From an uncultured delta proteobacterium (GTDB lineage: Bacteria > Myxococcota > Kuafuiibacteriia > Kuafuiibacteriales > Kuafuiibacteriaceae): 64,000 nucleotides of DNA. Below are positions 30,183-41,000 of the stretch, piece after piece. The stretch is taken from contig CAWDML010000005.1 of assembly GCA_963803435.1 (NCBI GenBank), positions 96,001 through 160,000 on the forward strand, read 5' to 3'. Position numbers and translations under genes: made by a program. Positions within the stretch are counted from its first letter, which is position 1; each line of letters opens with the position of its first letter. Under the pieces are notes generated by a model. That model was not told the DNA's origin. It made no database searches and saw nothing but the letters and a program-made list of their open reading frames with translations.

Positions 30183-30374
30183 ATGATCTTCGGCTCTCCC
30201 AACGGTTGGGACAACTTCATGGTCATCCTGACCAAGCCGGACAACATCCCGATCCTCTTGATGGTCGGCTCGGTGGCGTTCTTTACCTGGCTTTCGATCC
30301 GCGAGGGCCTCAAGAACGACCGCCTGATCAAGGAAGGGCGCCGCGACGAGGTGCTCCGCCAGATGCAGGACTGA
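30183..30374 (+). CDS. 63-aa membrane protein, likely the detached N-terminal segment of subunit IV
   Basis: ILTKPDNIPILLMV..FFTWLSIREGLKND motif. Confidence 0.7.
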   Translation: MIFGSPNGWDNFMVILTKPDNIPILLMVGSVAFFTWLSIREGLKNDRLIKEGRRDEVLRQMQD

Positions 30375-30915
30375 CGCTCCCGCCCATCTCGGCGACCTCC
30401 GCTGCCGCCTCGATCCTCGCCATCAGATCCTCGATCCGACCCCGCTCCTCCTCACCGCTCCTCGACGACAGCGCTGCGAAGCGCAGCAGCGTGAGCTGCG
30501 CCAGCATCTCCTCCAGCATCCCTGTGGCGCGGTCGATCCGACCTCGCGATCGATCGCGAAGCTCCTCGAGCCGCGATCGCACGCTCGGCGGTGCGGTCGC
30601 GAGGGCGGCCTCGAGCTCGAGGATCGTCTGCTCCTCGGCGAGCGCACGGGCGGCGAACGCCTCCACGAGCCGTTGCTCTCTGGCGTCGGCGCCCGGGGCC
30701 CGGGCGAACGCGACGCGGATCTCGTCGCGGAGCGACTCGATCTTCCGCCCTCGAGCACGGGGGATCGGCTCGCTGAAGAGCGCAGCGGGCAGCAGGAACG
30801 GCCACAGGGCCAGCATCAAGAGCGGACGGAGCGGATGCGCCTCCTTTCGGCGCACCGAGGCGGCCGCGCCCGCCCCCATCACGACGTAGACGGCGACCAC
30901 GATCAGGCCCGCCAT
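30328..30915 (-). CDS. Hypothetical membrane-anchored coiled-coil protein
   Basis: Two N-terminal TMs (ALWPFLLP), helical C-terminus; last gene of a 3-gene operon. Confidence 0.6.
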   Translation of the reverse strand: MAGLIVVAVYVVMGAGAAASVRRKEAHPLRPLLMLALWPFLLPAALFSEPIPRARGRKIESLRDEIRVAFARAPGADAREQRLVEAFAARALAEEQTILELEAALATAPPSVRSRLEELRDRSRGRIDRATGMLEEMLAQLTLLRFAALSSRSGEEERGRIEDLMARIEAAAEVAEMGGSVSPASGGAPRRGALP

Positions 30916-30922
30916 GGCCGCG

Positions 30923-31621
30923 CTAGCCTCCCACCAGGAACGCGTCGAAGCCCCAGACCGCCAGGGAGCCGGTCAGCGCCAGCACCAGCATCGCGATCCG
31001 CGCCAGGACGCCGATCCGGTGGCGCTCCGCCGGGTCGAGCGGTTCGGTCGAGACCCGGCCCTTGATGGCCTCGCCCGTACGAAGCAGGGTGCCGTGGAGG
31101 CGCTTGCCGGCGACCATGGCCGAGAGCGCGAAGCAGAGCACGACGGAGAGGGGCCCGGCCCAGAGGTCGTCCCACTTGCAGAGAAAGTATGGGACCGGCG
31201 CGAGCGCCGCCAGGATGAGCGCGCCGGAGGCGGCGGAGGTCGAGAGCGCTCCGACCAGGCGCGACAGCGGCAGGCGCGCCGAGGCCAGGATCCCCGCCGC
31301 CCAGATCGGCCCCAGGGCGGCGGCCAGCGCGATCAGCGCGTCGATGGACGACAGCACTGCGGCACGAAGCGCGGCGACGGGGCCGTGCGGGATCGTCAGC
31401 ACGACCGCGAACAGCGCGGTGCCCACTGTGATCGCCGAGAGGCTGCCGAGCAGGGCCGACTCGAGCCGCGCCGGATCGAGCAGCCGCTCGACCACGCGAT
31501 CCGGAGCGCCGAGCAGATCGAAGAGCAGCGTCGGAGGCACCGCGTCGGGGACCACGCGGATCGTCTCGTCGTCGGCGATCACGAACGGAGAGGTCGGTTC
31601 GATCAGGAGTCGTCCGCTCAT
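30923..31621 (-). CDS. Hypothetical multi-TM membrane protein
   Basis: 5-6 hydrophobic helices; coupled to neighbours. Confidence 0.65.
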   Translation of the reverse strand: MSGRLLIEPTSPFVIADDETIRVVPDAVPPTLLFDLLGAPDRVVERLLDPARLESALLGSLSAITVGTALFAVVLTIPHGPVAALRAAVLSSIDALIALAAALGPIWAAGILASARLPLSRLVGALSTSAASGALILAALAPVPYFLCKWDDLWAGPLSVVLCFALSAMVAGKRLHGTLLRTGEAIKGRVSTEPLDPAERHRIGVLARIAMLVLALTGSLAVWGFDAFLVGG

Positions 31622-31623
31622 GA

Positions 31624-32193
31624 TCACATCCCTCCCAGCCGGGCGGCGAAGACCAGGCCCAGCACCAGCTCGAGACCGACCGCGAAGCGGCGAGCGCGCG
31701 CGGTGGGATCGATGCTGCGAAGGATCCGCGCGCTGGTGGCGGCGGCCGCGGCGAGCGCGATGATCGGCAGCGCTGCGCCGGGCGCGATCAGAGGACGCGC
31801 CCGTGAGAACAGCGTCAGGTACGCCATCAACGGCAGGGACGCCGCGACCACCACGCCGGCGACCAACAGTCCGAGCGCGATCGAGGCGGCGACGACCCGC
31901 GGGGAGACGGCGACTCGGAAGTATGCCGAGAGCAGGATCGCGCTCGGCACCACGGCCGCAAAGGACTCGAGCACGGCCCGCAAGAGATCGATCCGCGGGA
32001 GCAGCTCGCCTCCGAAGTGGAGGTCGTCGAGGGCCAGCGAGGAGAGCGAGGCCAGCGCGATCAACATGGCGCCCGCCGCGCCGACCGCGGCGGTGACCCA
32101 GACCGGACGGGCCTGAAGGCGCAGCGCCTCGCGCGCGGGACGGTCGAGCGCGTCGAGGACGGACGAAGGAAGGGTACCGAAGGTGGGTTTCAT
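31624..32193 (-). CDS. Hypothetical multi-TM membrane protein
   Basis: About 5 hydrophobic helices; ATG at 32193. Confidence 0.65.
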   Translation of the reverse strand: MKPTFGTLPSSVLDALDRPAREALRLQARPVWVTAAVGAAGAMLIALASLSSLALDDLHFGGELLPRIDLLRAVLESFAAVVPSAILLSAYFRVAVSPRVVAASIALGLLVAGVVVAASLPLMAYLTLFSRARPLIAPGAALPIIALAAAAATSARILRSIDPTARARRFAVGLELVLGLVFAARLGGM

Positions 32194-32358
32194 GGCGCGG
32201 ACCACGAGCAACAGCTGTGCCGCCGCCCCGCAACCCAGCTTGCCGCGCCGCACCGGGTACGGCGCTGCCCGGCTCGGTCGATCCGTCGATTGATCGTACG
32301 AGCTCTACTTCTGGCGCCTCTTGACTGGGGGCTCGCGACTGCCGACTGTCGGCTTCGC

Positions 32359-33895
32359 ATGTCGCTGAACCTGGCCACGCTGCTCAAGGAAGCGGCGACC
32401 AACCACCCGGAACGCGCCGCGGTCATCGTGAACGGCATGGAGATCAGCTACGCCCAGCTCTGGGCATACACGCAGCGGTTCGCCGGCGGGCTCCAGAGTC
32501 TGGGGGTCGAGCCCGGCCAGCACGTCGCCGTCATGATCCCGAATACCCCGCACTTCGTGATCGCGTACTACGGCGCGCTGATGGCGGGTTGCTCGGTGGT
32601 CCCGTTGAACGTGCTGCTCACCCCCGACGAGATCGCTTACCATCTCGACGACTCCGACGCGGTGGCGCTGGTGGCGTTCGAAATGTTCCTGGATCCGGTG
32701 CGCGCCGGCTTCAACCGGGTACCCAGCTGCAAGCACCTGATCATCGCCAAGGCGAACCCGACCGATCTGGAAGCGCCCGAGGGTGCGATCAACATGAGCG
32801 CGCTGATCGGGGCGAGCGACCCGATCGTCGAGGTGCCGGCGACGATGCCCGACGACACCGCGGTCATCCTCTACACCTCCGGCACCACCGGCCGGCCCAA
32901 GGGCGCCGAGCTCTCGCACTTCAACCTGTTCTACAACGCCGAATACAACGCGAACCGCTTGTTGCGGATGCCTCCGGACGAGCTCGCGGTGGCGCTGGTG
33001 ACCCTGCCGCTCTTCCACAGCTTCGGACAGACGTGCCTGATGAACGCAGGGCTGGTGCGCGGGGGGACTGCCGTGTTGATGCCACGGTTCGATCCCAAGC
33101 AGGCCTTCGAGCTCATCCAGACCCACCGCGTGAACCTCTTCGCGGGCGTGCCCACGATGTACTTCGCGCTGCTCCACTTCCCGGAGGCGGACCAGTACGA
33201 CGTGTCGAGCCTGAAGCGCTGCGTCTCCGGTGGCGCGGCCATGCCGGTCGAGGTGATGCGGGCGTTCGACGAGAAGTACGGCGTCAACATCCTCGAGGGC
33301 TACGGGCTGTCGGAGACCTCGCCGGTGGCCAGCTTCAACGTGCTCGATCGGCCGAAGAAGCCCGGTTCGATCGGTCTGCCGATCTGGGGCGTCGACTTCA
33401 AGCTGGTCGACGAGCAGGGGGAGACGATCACCGCGTCCGGGACGCCGGGCGAGATCTGCATCAAGGGCCACAACGTGATGAAGGGCTACTACAAGCGGCC
33501 CGAGGCCAACCGCGGAGTCGATCGTCGACGGCTGGTTCACGACCGGAGACATCGCCACCCGCGACCACGACGGTTACTACTTCATCGTCGACCGCAAGAA
33601 GGACATGATCATCCGTGGCGGCTTCAACGTGTACCCGCGCGAGATCGAGGAGGTGCTCTATGCCCATCCGGCCGTCGCCGAGGCCGCCGTGATCGGCGTG
33701 CCGGATGAGAGGCTGGGCGAAGAGGTCAAGGCGATCGTCGCGCTCAAGAAGGGCAAGGAAGCGACGGAGTCCGACCTGATCGCCTACTGCAAGGAGCACG
33801 TGGCGCCGTACAAGTATCCGCGAAGTTTCGAGTTCCGGTCCGAGCTGCCCAAGGGGCCTACCGGTAAGATCCTCAAGCGCGCGCTGCGCGGCTGA
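32359..33895 (+). CDS. Long-chain fatty-acid--CoA ligase, frameshifted near 33508 (probable sequence error)
   Basis: YTSGTTGRPKG, EGYGLSETSP, then GWFTTGDI..DRKKDMIIRGG..LPKGPTGKI in the next frame. Confidence 0.9.
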
Positions 33896-33952
33896 TCGCG
33901 CCTCCGTAATCCGTCGCTCGCCGAGGCCTCGGCACCACACTAGGATGAGGCC

Positions 33953-34126
33953 ATGAGCGCCTTCGAGGAGCGGATCGATCGCTGGATCGACGCGCTCTGC
34001 GCGGGTGTCCGGGTCTTCGAGGACCGCGCGCTCGATCCCCACCTCTTCGAGCCGGCCGTCGACGAGGGTCCGACGGACGAGATCCGCGTCCGGCTCCCGG
34101 CCCCCCGCGTCCCGTCGATGGCTTGA
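33953..34126 (+). CDS. 57-aa hypothetical microprotein
   Basis: RBS-like GGATGAGG; MSAFEERIDRWIDALCAG..; TGATG coupling to the hydrolase. Confidence 0.45.
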   Translation: MSAFEERIDRWIDALCAGVRVFEDRALDPHLFEPAVDEGPTDEIRVRLPAPRVPSMA

Positions 34127-34971
34127 TGCGGCACCTCAAGCGGATCCTCGCCCTCCTGATCGGCGTCCACGCGCTCCTGCTCCTCGGGCTGGTGTACCTG
34201 CACTTCCATCAGGAGCTCCTGGTGTTTCAACCGTTCGGCGGCGTGCGGAGCCACCCCGAGGACTACGGGGTGCCGTGCGAGGAGGTGTTTCTCGGGACCT
34301 CCGACGGGGTCCGCCTGCACGGCTGGTTCCTCTCGAAGCCCCAACCGCGGGGGACCGTCCTCTACTTTCACGGGAACGCCGGCAACATCACCGACCGCCG
34401 ACTGGCGCTGGACGGGCTGCTCGCCCTGGACTTCGACGTGTTCATCTTCGACTACCGCGGGTTCGGAGCGAGCACCGGATCGCCCACCGAGGCCGGCACG
34501 TACGTCGATGCCGCGCGCGCCTGGTCGTACCTGGTCGACGAGCGGCGGATCCCCCCTGATCGGGTGGTACTCTGGGGGCGATCCCTCGGCGGTGCCATCG
34601 CAACCCAGCTTGCGACGAAGGTAAAGCCGGCCGCGCTGGTCCTGGAGTCGACGTTCACGTCGCTCCCCGATCTCAGCGACGAGCTCTATTGGATCCCCGA
34701 CAAGTCTTGGGTGAAGGTGCAGTACCCGACGTTGAAGCGGATCGAGCGCATCACCGTTCCCTACCTGGAGGCTCATTCCAAGACAGACGACCTCATCGGG
34801 TATCACCATGGGCTCGCGCTGTTCGCCGCCTGTCCCAGCGGGCACAAGCGGTTCATCGAGATCGGTGGAACCCATCGCAGTGGTCATCTCACCCAGCGCG
34901 CGTATCGTGAGCGGGTGCACGCGTTCTTCCAGGAGATCCTGCCGCTACCCCCGCCCGAACAAATCGATTGA
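34123..34971 (+). CDS. Alpha/beta hydrolase (ABHD13/Bem46-like)
   Basis: FHGNAGN, DYRGFG, GRSLGG nucleophile elbow. Confidence 0.92.
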   Translation: MMRHLKRILALLIGVHALLLLGLVYLHFHQELLVFQPFGGVRSHPEDYGVPCEEVFLGTSDGVRLHGWFLSKPQPRGTVLYFHGNAGNITDRRLALDGLLALDFDVFIFDYRGFGASTGSPTEAGTYVDAARAWSYLVDERRIPPDRVVLWGRSLGGAIATQLATKVKPAALVLESTFTSLPDLSDELYWIPDKSWVKVQYPTLKRIERITVPYLEAHSKTDDLIGYHHGLALFAACPSGHKRFIEIGGTHRSGHLTQRAYRERVHAFFQEILPLPPPEQID

Positions 34972-35597
34972 CGGACCGAACGAGCGTTCGGCAGCCTGCG
35001 TCCGTGGTTCGAAAGCCGCTGGCGGCCAAGGTTGCGCGACGGGCGCGAAATGCCGGCCGGCAGCGCCTCGACATCGTCCGGGCCGCCGCGCGGTGCTTCG
35101 TGCAAGCAGGGTTCGAGTCCACCACGATGCGGGCGATCGCCGACGAGTGTGGGTTCACCGCGTCCTCGCTCTACACGTACTTCGAGAGCAAGGACGAGAT
35201 CTTCAAGGCGCTCTCCGCCGAGGTCGAGCAGCGCTTCCTCGCGGTGTTCGAACGCCCCTTCCCGCGGGACCTGGCGTTCCAGCAGCGGACCGAGCTCCTC
35301 ATGATGCGGTTCCTCGAGGCGGCCCAGGAAGACTACGACTCGCTGGTGTTCCTCTCCAGCACGTCCGGGCGCGAGGCGACGGCCGACCTCCCCTTCATCC
35401 AGGCGTTCTCCCGCTGGATCGACCGGCATTCGACGAAGAAGGAGCGCGGCGGTCACTCGGCCGACGACACCGCCTTCTATGTCTGGGGCGTCATGCAGGC
35501 GTTCTTCCTGCAGTGGCTCTCGGAAGGGTCGCGCGAGCGGTTGGGGAACAAAGTGCCGATGATCGTCAACTTGATCTTCAGAGGCTTGAGCCGATGA
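34968..35597 (+). CDS. TetR/AcrR family regulator
   Basis: GFESTTMRAIA..SSLYTYFESKDEI HTH. Confidence 0.9.
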   Translation: MTDRTSVRQPASVVRKPLAAKVARRARNAGRQRLDIVRAAARCFVQAGFESTTMRAIADECGFTASSLYTYFESKDEIFKALSAEVEQRFLAVFERPFPRDLAFQQRTELLMMRFLEAAQEDYDSLVFLSSTSGREATADLPFIQAFSRWIDRHSTKKERGGHSADDTAFYVWGVMQAFFLQWLSEGSRERLGNKVPMIVNLIFRGLSR

Positions 35598-36931
35598 GCA
35601 CATGGATTTGGTTATTGGGCGGGCTGGCGGCAGCCGGCGGTGCCTCGGACGTGCTCGAGGCTTTGGCCCCGACACCGGGCGGGCTCACCACGCAGCAGGC
35701 GATCGAGATGGCGCTCCGTACCTCGCCGAGCGTGGAGAAGGCCGAGGCGGAGTACCGGAGCCGCGCGTCCGACGCGAGCATCGCGTTCCTGGGCTTCGCG
35801 CCGCGGTTCGACGGGCTGGCCGGCTACACCCGGCTGAGCCCGGTGGTGCCGAATGATCCACTCCTGGCGATGGTGTTTCCGAAGACGGTGAACAACTACT
35901 CGCTCCGCGCCACCATGTCGGTGCCGGTGAGCGATTGGTTCCTGACGGTGATTCACGAGTACGACGCCAGCTTCGCCGCCGAGGAGGCCGCCAAGCAGCA
36001 GGCGCGCGCCACGCGCGAGGGGGTGGCGCTGTCGGCGGTGATGGCGTTCCTCAACGCGGTCCGGGCCCGTGCCGCCCAGATCGTGGTCCTGAAGTCGGTC
36101 GAGGTGCTCTCGGCACAGCTCGAGGATCTGACGCAGCTGGAGGCGGCCGGCCTGATCACCGAAGGCGACGTCCTCCAGGTCCGCGCGCAGCTCGCCAGCG
36201 CCAGGGTGCAGCTCGAGCAGGCAAAGGGTCTGGTCGAGGTGACCCGCGAGACCCTCCGTCGCACCATCCACAACGACGACGTCGTGCTCGAGCACGGCGA
36301 GGATCTTCTCGGCCTGCTCGATCGGGAGGTGCCCTCGGAGAAGGCGGCGCTCGCCCAGGCGCTCGAAGAGCGGGCCGAGGTGCACGCGCTCGAGAAAGTC
36401 ATCGAGGGACGGATGGATCAGGTCGCGTTCACACGGGGGCGCGTCTTCCCCCGGCTCACGGTCGACGGACAGGCAGAGTACGCGAAGCCCAACCAGCGGA
36501 CCTTCTACAATCCGTCGCACTTCAACGCCACCTGGAGCGTCGGTGTCTTCCTGGGCTGGTCGCCGAACGACGCCATCCACTCCTGGTCGGACGCGGACAA
36601 GGCCGAGCAGCAGGTGGCGGCCGCCCGCGCCGATCTGGCCGAGGTCTCCGATGCGATCGCGATCGAGGTCTCGAGGGCGGTCAGCACCTATCGCGCCGCG
36701 CGCGGATCGATCGGCGCCGCCAAGGAGGCCGTCGATGCCGCCGAGGGCGCGTTCGCCGATCGAGAGAAGCTCCTGTCGGCGGGCGGCGGCACTACGCGCG
36801 AGCTCTTGCTGTCCGAGCAGGATCTGCGGCGTGCCCAGCTTCAGCTCATCAACGCGCACCTCGATCTTCGGCTCGCGCTGGCAAGCCTGGATCGCGCGCT
36901 CGGCCAGCTGGTGAAGGAGAGTAACCCATGA
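35594..36931 (+). CDS. TolC-family outer membrane efflux protein
   Basis: LTTQQAIEMAL, AGLITEGDVLQ, GGGTTRELL repeats; operon context. Confidence 0.88.
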   Translation: MSTWIWLLGGLAAAGGASDVLEALAPTPGGLTTQQAIEMALRTSPSVEKAEAEYRSRASDASIAFLGFAPRFDGLAGYTRLSPVVPNDPLLAMVFPKTVNNYSLRATMSVPVSDWFLTVIHEYDASFAAEEAAKQQARATREGVALSAVMAFLNAVRARAAQIVVLKSVEVLSAQLEDLTQLEAAGLITEGDVLQVRAQLASARVQLEQAKGLVEVTRETLRRTIHNDDVVLEHGEDLLGLLDREVPSEKAALAQALEERAEVHALEKVIEGRMDQVAFTRGRVFPRLTVDGQAEYAKPNQRTFYNPSHFNATWSVGVFLGWSPNDAIHSWSDADKAEQQVAAARADLAEVSDAIAIEVSRAVSTYRAARGSIGAAKEAVDAAEGAFADREKLLSAGGGTTRELLLSEQDLRRAQLQLINAHLDLRLALASLDRALGQLVKESNP

Positions 36932-38010
36932 GGCGTTGGATCGTTCTTGTCGTGCTCACGGGAGTGGCGTGCTCCAGCGCCGAGGGCAAGGAGCAGCCGG
37001 AGAAGAAGGCGGCCACCGAGAAGGTCGCGCCCAAGTCGCGCGCCGTTCGGGTCGAGGTCGCGGCGATCGCCGAGTCGCATCCGACGCTCGACCTGGTGCT
37101 CCCGGGTGAGGTCGAAGGTTCGCGCGAGTCGATGCTCGCGTCGCCCAACGGCGGCGTGGTCGAGCGGGTGCTGGCCGACGTCGGCGATCGGGTGAAGGCG
37201 GGGCAGGCCCTGGCCTGGGTGAACAAGTCCCTCCTCGACGTCCAGCTCGAGCAAGCCAAGGTGCAGCTCGACATGACCGGGAGCGACTTCGAGATGGTCG
37301 AGCGCGCCGGCAAGAGCCTTCCGAAGTCGCGCCGCGACGCTGCGCAGTTCCAGAAGCAGGCCGCCGAGGTTCAATACAAGCTCGCCGAGCTCAACGCGCA
37401 GCGTGCGGTCGTCCGGGCCCCGTTCTCGGGCGTGATCGCTGCCCGCCGGGTCGAGCAGGGTGAGGTCCTTCCGCCCGGCGGTCCGGTGATGCGGCTGGTG
37501 AGCGTGGATCCGCTCCACGTGTCGCTCTCGGTGTCGGATCGCGACGTCATCAATCTGGCGCTCAAGATGCCGGCGAAGATCTCGACCGAGGCCGGCGCCA
37601 GCATCTACGAGGGCCGCATCCACCAGATCAGCCCGGCGGCGGACCTCGATACGCGCACGTTCGAGGTGCTGGTCGAGGTCGACGATCCGAAGGGCTTGCG
37701 CCCTGGGATGATCGCCACCGTGCGGATCTCGGTGGCCGTCGAGGGCGATCAACTGGCGATCCCGCAGTACGTGTTGGTGACGCGGCTCGACGGCAACGGC
37801 GTGTTCATCGACGACCACAGCGTGGCGCGCTGGCGCCCGCTCCAGCTCGGGCGCGTGGTCCGCGGTCAGGTGATCGTGGAGTCGGGGATCGGCGCGGGCG
37901 ATCGCGTGGTGGTGACCGGACACCGTGAGCTTCAGGACGGCGATCCGCTGATCGTGGCCCGCGAGGGTCAATGCTGCACGAACGGGCAGATCGCCTTCGA
38001 GGGTGAGTGA
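36928..38010 (+). CDS. RND periplasmic adaptor (membrane fusion protein)
   Basis: Lipobox GVAC, GDRVKAGQ, RAPFSGVI, LRPGM. Confidence 0.92.
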   Translation: MRRWIVLVVLTGVACSSAEGKEQPEKKAATEKVAPKSRAVRVEVAAIAESHPTLDLVLPGEVEGSRESMLASPNGGVVERVLADVGDRVKAGQALAWVNKSLLDVQLEQAKVQLDMTGSDFEMVERAGKSLPKSRRDAAQFQKQAAEVQYKLAELNAQRAVVRAPFSGVIAARRVEQGEVLPPGGPVMRLVSVDPLHVSLSVSDRDVINLALKMPAKISTEAGASIYEGRIHQISPAADLDTRTFEVLVEVDDPKGLRPGMIATVRISVAVEGDQLAIPQYVLVTRLDGNGVFIDDHSVARWRPLQLGRVVRGQVIVESGIGAGDRVVVTGHRELQDGDPLIVAREGQCCTNGQIAFEGE

Positions 38011-41000
38011 TGCTGCGGAAGTTGATCGAGCGAGGCTCACTGGTCTGGCTGGTGGTCGCCTGTATCTCCATCTTCGGGTTGAAGACCTATCTGTCCCTGC
38101 CGCGCGAGGCGGCGCCCGACATCGAGATCCCCGTCATCATGGTGACGACGCCGTACCTGGGCGTTGCGCCGAAAGACATCGAGACTCTCATCACCATCCC
38201 GATCGAGAACGAGCTGGCGTCGCTCAAGGACGTCAAGAAGATGTCGTCCACCTCGGCGGAGGGCGTCAGCCTGATCTCGCTCGAGTTCGAGCCCGAGGTC
38301 GTGATCGAGGACGCGCTCCAGCGGGTGCGCGATCGGGTGAACCGTGCCCGCTCGAAGGTCCCGCAGGAGGCCGACGACACCGACATCCGCGAGATCAGCT
38401 TCGACGACTTTCCGATCCTGATCGTGACGCTGGCCGGCCCGGTCGACTCGCAGCGGCTCAAGCGCATCGGCGAGGACTTCGCCGACGAGGTCCGGCGCAT
38501 CCCGGGCGTGCTGGAGGCGAACGTCAACGGTGGCCGGGAGCGGGAGATCGCGGTCCTGGTCGATCCGTTCCGGCTCCAGCACTTCGGGCTGGGGTTGAAC
38601 GACGTCATCAACGCGATCGACGCCGAGAACGTCAACATCCCGGGCGGCGACGTCACCACCGGCGACGCGCGCTTCCTGCTGCGCGTGCCCGGTGAGTTCG
38701 GACAGGCCAAGGAGATCGAGAACGTCGCGATCAAGAGAGTCGGCGATCGACCCGTGTTCGTGCGCGACGTGGCCCGTGTCGACGACGGCCTCGCCGACCC
38801 GCAGAGCTATGCCCGGATGAATGGCGCCTCCGCGGTCTCGATCGCGGTCACCAAGCGCTCGGGCTCCAACCTGCTGGAGATCGCGGACGCCGTGAAGGCG
38901 CTGGCCGCCGAGCGCGCCCCCGGCTGGCCGAAGGGCGTCACATACCGGGCCCTGGGCGATGCCTCCAAGGTGGTCCGCAACATGGTCTCCGATCTGGAGA
39001 ACGGCATCATCACGGCGCTGATCCTGGTGATCGGCGTGCTCGTCTTCGCGATGGGCCCACGCAGCAGCCTGTTCGTCGCGGTCTCGATCCCGCTCTCGAT
39101 GTTGCTCGGGATCCTCGTGCTCGCCTCATTCGGCTACACGCTCAACATGATCGTTTTGTTCTCGTTGATCCTGGCGCTGGGCATGCTCGTCGACAACTCG
39201 ATCGTCGTCTGCGAGAACATCTATCGCCACGCGCAGCTGGGAAAGAGCTTCGTCGAGGCGTCGATCGACGGCGCCTCCGAGGTCGCGATGGCGGTGGCCG
39301 CCTCGACCGCGACAACAGTGGTGGCGTTCGTTCCCCTCGTGTTCTGGTCTGGCATCATGGGCCAGTTCATGGGCTACCTGCCGGTCACCGTGATCGTGGT
39401 GCTCTCGGCGTCGCTCCTGGTGGCGCTGACCGTGCTCCCGGTGCTGACCGCCCGGCTGGGGAAGACCAGCTCCAAGATGTTGATCGACGAGAGCGGTGTC
39501 CCGCGGAACGCGATCATGCGGCGGTACCAGCGAATGCTCGAGGTCTCGATCGACCACCGGTACGTGTCCTTCGGGATCGGGATGGCCGCGCTGATCGGGA
39601 CCTTCCTGGCCTACGGCAAGCTCAACCATGGCACGGAGTTCTTCCCTGCCACCGAGCCGAACCGGGCGGTGATCACGGTGCGGGCCCCGGACGGGACGGA
39701 CCTGGAGGCGACCGACGCGCTGGTGCGTCAGATCGAGTCCGTCCTGCAGTCGGAGGAGAACGTGGACGTCTACGTCGCCGAGGTCGGCGTCGGCGGCGAC
39801 ATCTTCAACTCGCAGAGCGCGACCAACCAGGCGCGCATCACCGTGGACTTCCTGCCGGACAAGGCCTCCGCGAAGGAGGGCGAGAAGATCCGCGTCGAGC
39901 CCACGACCGAGACCATCGACCGGGTCCGCCACGCGGTGGCAGAGATCGCCGGGGCTGAGATCGTGGTGGACAAGGAGCGCATGGGACCGCCGGTGGGCGC
40001 GCCGGTCGCGGTGGAGGTGACCGGCGACGAATTCAACCAGGTCGGAGATCTGTCGGCTCGGGTTCGGCGCGAGCTGGCCGAGATCCCCGGCGTGACGGAC
40101 CTCCGCGACGACTATCGGGTGGGCCGGCCCGAGCTCCGCCTGCGGATCGACCGGGGTGCGGCCAAGCGCATCGGCGTCGACACGCGGACGATCGCCACCA
40201 CCGTCCGGACCGCGGTGGCCGGCACCAAGGCGAGCGTGATCCGGGACGGCGACGATGAGTACGACATCAAGGTGAAGTTCGCGCCGGAGTTCCGCAGCGA
40301 TCTCCAGTCCGTGCTGTCGCTGCGGGTGCCGGGCAAGCTCGACACCAGCCCCAAGACGTTCCCAGTGCCGATCTCCACGATCGCGTCCTATCAGCTGGCC
40401 GGCGGCAGCGGCTCGATCCGCCACCTCGATCAAAAGTTGGTGGTCACCATCACCGGTCAGGTCGAGGAGGGGATGAACGAGAATGCGGTGCGCGGAGGTG
40501 TGGAGAAGTACATCAAGACGGCCAAGGCCCCGCAGGGCTTCGCGCTGCGACTCGGCGGCGCCAACGACGAGCAGCGGGCCGCCACCACCTTTTTGGGAAA
40601 CGCCTTTCTCATCGCCGTGTTCCTCATCGCCATCGTGCTGGTCATGGAGTTCAACCGCTTCGACCTGCCGTTCATCATCCTCATCACGGTGATCTTGTCC
40701 CTGATCGGGGTCCTCTGGGGCCTGATCATCACCGGTACGCCCTTCGGGGTGATGATGACCGGCCTGGGGGTCATCTCGCTGGCCGGCGTGGTGGTGAACA
40801 ACGCGATCGTCCTCCTCGACTACGTCCAGCAGCTACGGGCCAGCGGGTTGCCCGAGCGCGAGGCCCTGGTGAAGGCCGGTCTCACCCGCTTCCGGCCGGT
40901 GATGCTCACCGCGATCACCACGGTGCTGGGCCTGGTCCCGATGGCGCTCGGCATCTCGTTCGACTTCTTCAAGCTCGAGTGGGTGGTGGGCGCGCGGAGC

